In this document: positions 9,597 through 17,012 of the stretch, piece by piece
Numbering within the stretch: the first letter of the stretch is position 1
Layout: each line of letters begins with the position of its first letter
From: Pyrobaculum aerophilum str. IM2
GTDB taxonomy: Archaea; Thermoproteota; Thermoprotei; Thermoproteales; Thermoproteaceae
Assembly: GCF_000007225.1 (NCBI RefSeq)
Contig: NC_003364.1
Span: 960,001 to 992,000, forward strand
DNA length: 32,000 nucleotides
Reading direction: 5' to 3'
Position numbers and translations under genes: made by a program
The notes under the pieces: model-generated
Seen by the model: the letters and a program-made list of their open reading frames with translations, nothing else
Databases searched by the model: none
What the model was told of the DNA's origin: nothing

Positions 9597-12524
9597 TTAA
9601 TTACTATTGTCAGCGCCAGCGCCTTGTTTATCACTATCAAGTTTTCCTCTGCGCCACTGGTCTACGGCGTCTTTAAGCGCCTTAAAGCGGCACAGGGCGT
9701 CTAGCTGGTCCGCGAGGAGGAACACTCTGCCCCTCTTAGCCTTTCCGGTCAGCGCCTTTAACACGGCGGCTTCCACATCGTCTTTGACCGTGAGTGTTGC
9801 CATTTCAAAGTAATACGTGGTCGTTGTATTGCCTTTTTTCTTTTGTTGCTTTTTCCAGTACCACTCTATTTTGAACTGTTTCCTCTCTCCCCCAACCTCG
9901 TACTCCGCGATAATGCGCAGGCGGCAGTCCCTTCCAGCGCAGTGGCTCACCGGCTGGCCGTTTTCCACAAATTCATACCGCAGATCTACAACGCGGGCAA
10001 TTAAGTTGCCCCCCTCGTCGTATACCGCCAGCGGAAGCTCCGCCGCTCCCTCCTCCCTCGCCGGAGTCAGAACCTCAATTAGCTTTTTCGCTGCGTCATC
10101 GCCGTGTCTGCGCTTCAAAACGTCCTCCAACTCCCTGATGAACCGCTCCGCCTCCACGTTGCCGCCCAGCGCCATACGCTGAATTTCGCGGAGGCCGTCG
10201 TAAGTGATGTAGATTATGTACTGTCCGCTCCACTTCACCGCGAAGTGCTTTCCCTCCGCCAGCCCCGCCGCCTTCAAGGCGTTTACGATGGCGTCTTTGT
10301 GGTCTTTTTTAACGCGGATTTCGCGCCTTTTATCGTAAACAGCGTAGTGCTCGCCTTTCTTCAGCCCGCTCTGCGCCAAAGTCTCAACGGCCTTGGCGTA
10401 TGCTTCTTTTGTAACGCGGATTTCGTAACCGCCATGCTCTTTCACCGTGAAGTGTATGCCCTCCTTCAGACCCCTCGCCTTTAATGCGTTTAAGGCGGCG
10501 TTTTTAGATGCCTCGCTAGTCGGAGTATATCTCACTTGTATTATATCGCTATACTTGTCTCTCGTCTTGTAATTAACCGAGAACTCCACGTCGGCGAATT
10601 TAACGGTGTTGGGCCCAGTCTCAATCTCTTTCACCACCTGTTTATACCTATTCTCGCTGATCAGCCCCTTGTCTTTAAGCTCGTCCACAAAGCTCCTCAC
10701 CGCGTTCAGCCAGCCGTTGTGGCGGATTGACGCAATGCCGTCGGTGTAGAGCTTGACTTTCCATACCTTACTTACGCGCTTAACCTCTGCCTCGCCGCCG
10801 AGGGCCCTAATGATAGAGGCCAGCCGTTCGGCGTTTTCGCGGGAGCCGCCGAATTTGGCATAAAGCTCAGTGCCGGTCCAGTATACTGTTATGTGCGCCA
10901 CTTCCTCACCGTTCAACTTGAAGCGAATTATGGCCTTTGGCCACTGCCCGCTTGTGTCCAAAGGTCCTTTCTCCACGGCGATGTTTTTGTAGACGTAGTC
11001 CTCTGCCATTGTAACAACTTCCTCTAGCTTTTTGAAAAACATTTCGTTTCTCACGTCGTAACCCCAGTCAATGCCGAATTTCCTTTTAACCGCCTCGCGG
11101 GTAACGACTTTAAACGCGTCGGCGAATTCTGTCAGGGCATCCCTAAGCTCGTGCAACGCGGGTAGCGCCGGCGTTACAGCCTCCAGTAAGCCGTTCAGCT
11201 CGGCGCCTTTGAAGGCAATATGGTGCGCGCCTCTGCCCCTATACACTGAGCTTGGCTTAAGGCCAAGCTCCTTCAGAGCCCACAGCCAGAAAGCGGTGAA
11301 GTGGTCGCGGGTCATAATCGGACTTTCCACGTGTTCAGGGCCGCCGATGAAAAGCAGAATTTCGTCTCTAAACACAGTCCCATCGTACAACACAGCGAAA
11401 ATCACCGCAAGGGCCGCCTCCTCTCTAGACAGTTCACCCATCTTGCGCGCCTCTACGGCATATGCCAGCGGGAGGAGGACGCGGAGGTATTTGCCCAGCT
11501 TGTCTACCTCCATTACCACCTTTTTCCTCTCTTCGTCCTTTTTCTCCTTTGCCTCCTCTTCTAGCTGTTTCCACAGTGCTAACAGCTCATTAACGCGCTC
11601 CCAGAACTCGCCGGCCGCCGTCTCCAAGGCCTTCTTTAATTCATCATTCATTTTAACATCAGTTAGAGCCACCTTCAGATCAACGCCGCCTTCCGACTGT
11701 TTGTTAGGTGTCAATAGATTTTCAAACACGGCGCGGCTTACACTCAGCACCTCGCGCACCGCCTCAGTGTACTTGCCCTCAACGCGCCACATCGGCTTTA
11801 GCCCCTCCTCGGAGGGGTATACTCTTACGAGCCCAATTCCGCCCCCAGCGTCGAGCTTAATTTCGCGCTCAGCCAGCGCCCAGTAGGTAAATGTCTGCGA
11901 GAGGTAAGAGGAGTCGCCGAGGACGTACTCACGTCCGGGGTATAGGACGGCGTCTGTGGGCAGTGCGCCGATTGTAATGGCCCTAGCCGTTTTCTTCACT
12001 ATTTTTCTCGTCTTTTTCACCGCTTTTACTGCCCTCTCCCACTCCCCTCCGCCAAGCCCCTCCAGTAGTTTAGAGCCGGAGGAGGCGGCCGCCGCCAAAT
12101 TAGCAACTTCTTTAAACAGCTCTACCACCTCTCCCTCCGCCGAAAGCGGTATTAGCCACTTGCCAGCCTCCCATGGGACTTTGAGGAGCTCGTGGCCGTT
12201 TTCTACAAATGTGGCGTATACGCGCCTTTTGCCGTTTTCTGTCTTCTCCTCTATGCGTACTTCCACGCCCTGTCTGCCGGCCAGTATTTCTCTCATTGCG
12301 GGTTCTATCAGTAGAGTGGCAATGCGGAAGGCCAGTTTTCTGGTCTCTGACAGCTTCTCATCACCGCTGGCTGATCTAAACACCTTGTAGAAGACGAAGG
12401 GTGTATTCCTAACAGCTGACGCAATGCTGAGAGTGCCGGCTATCTGCTCACCTTTCCCCGCCAACGCCCTCTCCATGGAGACGCCGAATAGGCCGCCAGT
12501 TACAAGCGATAGCAAAGCGGTCAC
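9597..12524 (-). CDS. paREP2b-like large repeat-family protein (probably the downstream part of a frameshift-split gene)
   Basis: 975-aa ORF, paralogous to 19203-21128 over its C-terminal two thirds. The GTG start has no promoter, and the frame stays open 186 nt upstream. The family name is from my memory of the P. aerophilum annotation. Confidence 0.7.
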   Translation of the reverse strand: MTALLSLVTGGLFGVSMERALAGKGEQIAGTLSIASAVRNTPFVFYKVFRSASGDEKLSETRKLAFRIATLLIEPAMREILAGRQGVEVRIEEKTENGKRRVYATFVENGHELLKVPWEAGKWLIPLSAEGEVVELFKEVANLAAAASSGSKLLEGLGGGEWERAVKAVKKTRKIVKKTARAITIGALPTDAVLYPGREYVLGDSSYLSQTFTYWALAEREIKLDAGGGIGLVRVYPSEEGLKPMWRVEGKYTEAVREVLSVSRAVFENLLTPNKQSEGGVDLKVALTDVKMNDELKKALETAAGEFWERVNELLALWKQLEEEAKEKKDEERKKVVMEVDKLGKYLRVLLPLAYAVEARKMGELSREEAALAVIFAVLYDGTVFRDEILLFIGGPEHVESPIMTRDHFTAFWLWALKELGLKPSSVYRGRGAHHIAFKGAELNGLLEAVTPALPALHELRDALTEFADAFKVVTREAVKRKFGIDWGYDVRNEMFFKKLEEVVTMAEDYVYKNIAVEKGPLDTSGQWPKAIIRFKLNGEEVAHITVYWTGTELYAKFGGSRENAERLASIIRALGGEAEVKRVSKVWKVKLYTDGIASIRHNGWLNAVRSFVDELKDKGLISENRYKQVVKEIETGPNTVKFADVEFSVNYKTRDKYSDIIQVRYTPTSEASKNAALNALKARGLKEGIHFTVKEHGGYEIRVTKEAYAKAVETLAQSGLKKGEHYAVYDKRREIRVKKDHKDAIVNALKAAGLAEGKHFAVKWSGQYIIYITYDGLREIQRMALGGNVEAERFIRELEDVLKRRHGDDAAKKLIEVLTPAREEGAAELPLAVYDEGGNLIARVVDLRYEFVENGQPVSHCAGRDCRLRIIAEYEVGGERKQFKIEWYWKKQQKKKGNTTTTYYFEMATLTVKDDVEAAVLKALTGKAKRGRVFLLADQLDALCRFKALKDAVDQWRRGKLDSDKQGAGADNSN
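10988..11432. repeat. 445-bp tract identical to 20609-21053
   Basis: Base-by-base comparison at an offset of 9621 found no mismatch. The flanks drop to roughly 70-75% identity by hand alignment. Confidence 0.9.
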
Positions 12525-12651
12525 TGTCCTCTCTCCTCTAGTGGCGTCTATCTTGGGAAGATCGTCTGCGGCGGCCTCCGCAAGCCTTATTACGTTCTCC
12601 GTAGCCGCTTTCAGCCTTTCGGCAATTCCGCTGTAACCAGCTCCCTCCAGC

Positions 12652-13680
12652 CTATATGCAATTCTGTCCAGCTCGTTGGTAACCTCCCTTCGCCCTTTCC
12701 GCGGCTTCTACTAACACGTTGAGGTCACCCCATACGTCGCTAAGGGCAAATCTGCCGCTTTTCACAGCTCCTTCCAGCCTTTCAAGCGCCTTGTAGGACT
12801 TGTTCTTCAGCTCTACAAACTCCCTCAAGTGGTTTAATAGCGTGAAGGAGGCTATTAGATATGCTATTCTGTCATCGTCATCTTCAAAGACCTTTACGCT
12901 CTTGCCGGTCTCCCTAGCGCCAAGTACTGCCAGAGCCCAAAGCGCCGCGGGATCTCTTTGCTCATACCACGCCTTAGAGGCCTCCTCAAGGGCCTTTTTG
13001 TAGTTGGCGGCTTTCATCGCCTGCACGTAACTCGTCAAGCGCCTTAACTCTAACACTGCATTTTCTATTTGCTTCTCATCCATCGCGTGTCTCAGCGTTG
13101 AGAAGGCGCTTACCGCCTTCTCCACAACGCCTTTGTCAAGGCCTAGCTGGGCGGCGCGCTCTACAATCTCTTTCTCGCTTGCTGTTTTTGTCAATACCGC
13201 ATTCCCTACTTCCTTCCACTTATCGCCAACGCCAGCCGCCTTTGCCAGTCCCGCTATCGCCCCGGCGTTAAGCGCTATGTGGTTCTGCCAAAGCGTGTAG
13301 TCCAGTTGTTGCGCCACTACCCACGCCATCAGCCCGGCCGCCGCGGCGGCCATTATGAACCAATGCGCTCTTACGTAGTCAAGGACTCTCGCCACCGCCT
13401 CTACAAACAGCTCGTAAAGCCTCTGCAACGTTATTCTCGCCTTTTCGAATACCTCCCTCGCGGCTTCATACGCCGCCTCGGCGGCCCTTCTTACGTACTC
13501 CACTGCCCTCTCAAAGGCCCCCTCCCTCGCCAGTACTACCGCCGCGGCCGTCGCTGACACAACAGCCGTTGAGTACAGCCCGTCGTGTAGCGCCGCGTAT
13601 CCGGCCAGGCCGGCGGCGGCTACAACTGCCGGCTTGACTGCCTCCTCTACCGCCGCGATGCATCCCGGCGCCTCTTCCAC
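12652..13680 (-). CDS. Ala-rich protein with hydrophobic segments; probable upstream part of the split paREP2b-like gene
   Basis: 342-aa ORF with a GTG start, 14-23 nt from the AT box TTTTTAAAAA (13694-13703). Its last 57 nt overlap the open upstream extension of the 975-aa frame. Confidence 0.5.
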   Translation of the reverse strand: MEEAPGCIAAVEEAVKPAVVAAAGLAGYAALHDGLYSTAVVSATAAAVVLAREGAFERAVEYVRRAAEAAYEAAREVFEKARITLQRLYELFVEAVARVLDYVRAHWFIMAAAAAGLMAWVVAQQLDYTLWQNHIALNAGAIAGLAKAAGVGDKWKEVGNAVLTKTASEKEIVERAAQLGLDKGVVEKAVSAFSTLRHAMDEKQIENAVLELRRLTSYVQAMKAANYKKALEEASKAWYEQRDPAALWALAVLGARETGKSVKVFEDDDDRIAYLIASFTLLNHLREFVELKNKSYKALERLEGAVKSGRFALSDVWGDLNVLVEAAERAKGGYQRAGQNCI

Positions 13681-13780
13681 GTATTTCCGCGCCTTTTTAA
13701 AAACAACTTAAGCGAGATTTAAGGCAATATTTTAACGCATACGCGCCATAGATTACATAAAGAACGAGGAGCCCCGCGTA

Positions 13781-14215
13781 TTGGAGTGGAGGAAGAGGGA
13801 GGAGGAGCAGAGGAGGCTTGAGCTTAAGAGTCAGGTAATGGCGGCGTTAAAGGACTGGTATCGCAGATGTTTTAAGTGGCCCATCATGCCGGGGGAGGAG
13901 GGCAAGGTAGTGAGAAGGCTAGAGCTTTACTACGGAATGTGCGAAATGGCTAAGGCCGTAATCGCCGAATACGGCGAAAAATACGCCGAGCCTCTAATCA
14001 GCGAGTATGCCCTTAGGCGCGCATTTTGGTGGGAAGGGGAATGGAGGGGGAAGCCCATGTCGTGTTTCGTGACGGAAAAGAAGGCCGTTTGCAAGGTGGG
14101 CGACAAGATGGCCACATTTTACGTATTTGACACGCCCCACGGCGTGTACCTAAGGCCAGAAATCAAGCTTGTAGACGACTGGATTAAAGTGGCGTATAGG
14201 GGCGATGACAGTTAA
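13781..14215 (+). CDS. paREP2a-like small repeat-family protein (short form)
   Basis: 144 aa. ...EYALRRAFWWEGEWRGKPMSCFVTEKKAVCKVG...GVYLRPEIKLVDDWIKVAYRGDDS recurs at 21128-21384, 21371-22204 and, degraded, at 16594-17012. The start is uncertain: TTG 13781 or ATG 13838. Confidence 0.6.
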   Translation: MEWRKREEEQRRLELKSQVMAALKDWYRRCFKWPIMPGEEGKVVRRLELYYGMCEMAKAVIAEYGEKYAEPLISEYALRRAFWWEGEWRGKPMSCFVTEKKAVCKVGDKMATFYVFDTPHGVYLRPEIKLVDDWIKVAYRGDDS

Positions 14216-14306
14216 GGCGACGTGCGTAAAAGTCCTCCTCCCAGAGGTTTTTGAACTGCCGCGGAGGTTTGGAGTGTCATGGGACTGTTTAACGCTACCT
14301 TCAACG
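14205..14306 (+). pseudogene. Truncated start of a second paREP2a-like unit (N-domain fragment)
   Basis: MTVKATCVKVLLPEVFELPRRFGVSWDCLT matches the N-terminus of the 277-aa ORF at 21371 (MEAVSVKECIRVKLPEAFELPRRFGVSWGCLT). It is cut off at the repeat B boundary. Confidence 0.55.
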
Positions 14307-15245
14307 ACCCTCTAAATATTTTTTAACCTCTAGGGCTATGGCGTATGATAGCGGCGGCGGGACGCTCTCGCCAACCTGGTTATACTGAGACTCCTTTGAG
14401 CCGAGGAATATATATCCGTCGGGATAGCCCATTAGCCTGGCCTGCTCCCGCACTGTTAATACCCTGTGCTCCTCGGGGTGTATAAACCGCCTAGAGCCCA
14501 TTACCGTGGGCGCTATGTCGTCCCACATGAGGCGTATATAATTTTCATAAAAGCCGCCTGCCCCTCTATATCTCATTAAGGCCTCGCCGGGCTTCAGCTT
14601 GGAAATTCTTTCTTGTTTCTTCGGGCTTAAAGTCGTAGTCTCGTGGTTGGGAACTATGCCGCTGTCAGGAGGAGGTAAGTCGCGCAACGCCTCTCTTACT
14701 GTAACCCGCCTAGACTTAACAGGTCTAATTTCTATATTTGATACAAATACCCTCCTTCTTCTACTAGGCACTCCGTAGTCCTCGGCGTGTAGTATATTAA
14801 AATAAACCTCGTATCCAACTCTCTTAAACTCCCTTTTAATGTAAGTCCTGAGAGGCTCTTCGGCGAGGGCGGCCACGTTCTCCATTACAAAGACCTTGGG
14901 CCCTATTTCGCCCACTAGCCTTATGAACTCTAAAGTTAATTGGCCCGCGGGGTCTGTGTAAAGCCTATCTGCCGGGTCCTCCATTCTATTGGGATTTGCC
15001 GCGGTGAACGGCTCGCAGGGCGGGCTACCGATAATTACATCGACATCACCCGCATATTTTAACAAATCCCCATAGTCTATATATCTGATGTCTTCTTGTA
15101 TAATGATTGTGTATCTGTGATTGGCGCTGTAAGTCCTCACGGCATCTCTGTCAATATCTACAGCAACAGCAATTTTAAACCCCGCCATTCTAAAGCCCAG
15201 CCCAAACCCGCCCCCGCCTGCGAATAAATCCACTGCGCTGTACAC
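14301..15245 (-). CDS. DNA (cytosine-5)-methyltransferase
   Basis: 314 aa with C5-MTase motifs in canonical order: I DLFAGGGGFGLGF, IV GSPPCEPFT (catalytic Cys), VI VFVMENV, VIII PSRRRRVFV and X GESVPPPL. GTG start with ATTATAAAC about 25 nt upstream. Confidence 0.9.
   Translation of the reverse strand: MYSAVDLFAGGGGFGLGFRMAGFKIAVAVDIDRDAVRTYSANHRYTIIIQEDIRYIDYGDLLKYAGDVDVIIGSPPCEPFTAANPNRMEDPADRLYTDPAGQLTLEFIRLVGEIGPKVFVMENVAALAEEPLRTYIKREFKRVGYEVYFNILHAEDYGVPSRRRRVFVSNIEIRPVKSRRVTVREALRDLPPPDSGIVPNHETTTLSPKKQERISKLKPGEALMRYRGAGGFYENYIRLMWDDIAPTVMGSRRFIHPEEHRVLTVREQARLMGYPDGYIFLGSKESQYNQVGESVPPPLSYAIALEVKKYLEGR
14307..14356. repeat. Direct repeat B (functional 3' end of the C5-MTase gene)
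   Basis: 46/50 identical to 9542-9591. Confidence 0.85.
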
Positions 15246-15462
15246 CTTTTACAAAAACTACGCAGTTTATAATGTCACCTCCCAATTACAGCCTTCCGGC
15301 GCAACGCCCAGCCGCCCTGCCGTGTAGAGAGCTGGTTGATGCTCTCTAAAAACCAAGTGGCGTTGTCCCCAACCAGCCTCTCCCAAGATCGCCGTAAGAG
15401 CATAAAATTGTAGATAGTGGGGACGGGGCATGTTCCACATTATATATTCCCTAGTAGTGAGT

Positions 15463-15479
15463 AAATTTTATAAATATAT
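15463..15479 (+). promoter_or_regulatory. TATA-like box for the PD-(D/E)XK gene
   Basis: AAATTTTATAAATATAT, 15-31 nt upstream of the ATG at 15494. Confidence 0.45.
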
Positions 15480-15493
15480 GACCAGCCCCGTTC

Positions 15494-16084
15494 ATGGGCT
15501 TTGCCAAGAGGCTGAAGTATCGCCTTAGTGATTTAATAAAACTAGAGAAGCCAGACGCCTTGAGCTCCCGCTATGGAAAGGCCTTTGAAAAGGCAGTGCT
15601 GGCGCTGATAAAGGCCAAGGACTCTGTAGCCGCTTTACGTACTTTTATTGAAAACTACGGCGAGCCGCACACCGGCGCCTTTAGTAAACTAATAAAACTA
15701 ATGCCCTGGGCGAAAAGAGTCGTAGAAATAGAGCCCGCGCCTCCCGTGTTTTTCCAACTAGACGGCGTCACTATAACAGCTCAAGCCGATTTCATTGTGA
15801 AATATTCAGATGGGAAGAATGAGCTAGTTGAGCTAAAGTCTCATATTCTGAAGAGGGGTGAGTGGAAAATAAAAGCTGAGTGGTCGCTCGCCACTAAAAT
15901 AATGCGCATGCTCTATAGAAAAGCGGGTTATGACTACCCGCTACGCCTAATTTATTTTGTGGAACGGGAAGACGGCGTCGTCACAGAAGAGGAGGTGTTT
16001 ATATACCCCAAAGACGAGAAAGACGACGAAACTCTCCTCAACGTCCTCCGCGAGAGGCTTAAAAAGGCTATTACAGGCAGGTAA
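15494..16084 (+). CDS. PD-(D/E)XK-type nuclease (candidate restriction endonuclease partner of the MTase)
   Basis: 196 aa. GKAFEKAV (helix with Glu), then ...TAQADFIV... and ...NELVELKSH... give D-x(n)-E-x-K spacing. It lacks the Cys cluster of Cas4. Divergent from the MTase across a 248-bp spacer. Confidence 0.55.
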   Translation: MGFAKRLKYRLSDLIKLEKPDALSSRYGKAFEKAVLALIKAKDSVAALRTFIENYGEPHTGAFSKLIKLMPWAKRVVEIEPAPPVFFQLDGVTITAQADFIVKYSDGKNELVELKSHILKRGEWKIKAEWSLATKIMRMLYRKAGYDYPLRLIYFVEREDGVVTEEEVFIYPKDEKDDETLLNVLRERLKKAITGR

Positions 16085-16364
16085 ACCTCTCTTTAGCTAA
16101 TGCGAATGCTTGCTTTATAATCGACGTTGCGACGTCTAGTTTATCTAAGTGGCGTGGTTGAATAACTGCGTTTTCATCGCCAAGCATAAACTCTATACTA
16201 CACTCTTCATCTGACCAGGAAAAGACTATGAAAACAAAGAAATCCTCACGGAGCTGGATCTGTCCAAGCGCCTCATACTGTCTCCACTCCACTGTGAAGG
16301 CCTCTATCTCCTTGTCTATCCTCTCCTCAAGCTCTCTAAAAAATTGTTCCACTCTCTGGCGCAT
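16071..16364 (-). CDS. Hypothetical acidic protein
   Basis: 97-aa ORF with an AT box (TTTAAATTTATTTA) about 25 nt upstream. Convergent with the nuclease gene, overlapping it by 14 nt. Confidence 0.4.
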   Translation of the reverse strand: MRQRVEQFFRELEERIDKEIEAFTVEWRQYEALGQIQLREDFFVFIVFSWSDEECSIEFMLGDENAVIQPRHLDKLDVATSIIKQAFALAKERFTCL

Positions 16365-16407
16365 GTATCTGGCTTGATCTCTCTTTAAATTTATTTATCG
16401 TTTATAC

Positions 16408-16560
16408 CAGCGGGTTTCACCCCCTCCACTTGTCTATGGCGTCTTTCAGCGCCTTAAACCTGCGCAGGGCGTTCAGCTCGTCGGCTAAGAGATCCACTTG
16501 GACCTCTTCGCCTTCACCGTCAGCGCTTTCAACACGGTTGCCTCCACCCCGTCTTTGGCC
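16408..16560 (-). pseudogene. paREP2b-like C-terminal fragment
   Basis: The minus strand reads ...ATVLKALTVKAKRSKWISLADELNALRRFKALKDAIDKWRG*. This matches the C-termini of both large genes (e.g. AAVLKALTGKAKRGRVFLLADQLDALCRFKALKDAVDQWRRG in the 975-aa ORF). Confidence 0.65.
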
Positions 16561-16593
16561 TTTGAAGAGATCGCCTACAGAGGCCATTAAGAG

Positions 16594-17012
16594 CGAGAGG
16601 GAGTGGCGCGAGCTGAGGGATCAAGTATACCGCGCCGTGGCGGAGTGGCATAGGCAGTGTCTCGGATACTAACCGTGGTCTGAGGTGGAGGTTGTGAATC
16701 GGCATGAGGAGTACGCGGCGATGTGCCAGCTGTACCGCCTTGTCAAGGAGGAGCTGGGGGATAAGGCGTCGCTGTACGCCTCTGACTTCTCCCTCAGGTG
16801 CGTTTTTTAGTGGGAGGGGGGAGTGGCTGGGGCGTCCGCGTCGTGTCTCATAGCGGCATATAACGCCTTATGCCGCGTGGGGAGCGCCAAAATGGAATTT
16901 CGCGCTTATTATGTGAAAAACGGCGTATATCTAGAGCCGAAAATACTCCTGTACAGAGACAGAGTAAAGCGGCGCATAGGGGAGGTGGGGGCAGTTTGGA
17001 GGCAAGAAGCCG
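16594..17012 (+). pseudogene. paREP2a-like remnant with in-frame stops and frameshift
   Basis: EREWRELRDQVYRAVAEWHRQC..*..EEYAAMCQLY...SLRCVF*WEGG, then in another frame ...SCLIAAYNALCRVGSAKMEFRAYYVKNGVYLEPKILLY. It is collinear with the 13781-14215 protein. Confidence 0.65.

Larger units (their letters stand above)
9592..14306. mobile_element. paREP2-type cassette 1 (long form), bracketed by 50-bp direct repeats
   Basis: Lies between repeat A (9542-9591) and repeat B (14307-14356). It contains the large split minus-strand gene, a divergent promoter spacer, the small plus-strand gene and the start of a second small-gene unit. Confidence 0.5.
16408..17012. mobile_element. paREP2-type cassette 2 (heavily deleted remnant)
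   Basis: The last ~45 codons of the large gene (minus strand) are fused directly to a degraded small gene (plus strand). Confidence 0.5.

Noticed and set aside
11071-11886. Long plus-strand ORFs inside the large repeat genes (11071-11886, 20692-21135, 11956-12390, 9817-10182 and others)
   Set aside because: They are Ser/Ala/Pro-rich low-complexity antisense shadows of a well-supported minus-strand frame. Their identity between the two loci simply mirrors the 445-bp tract.
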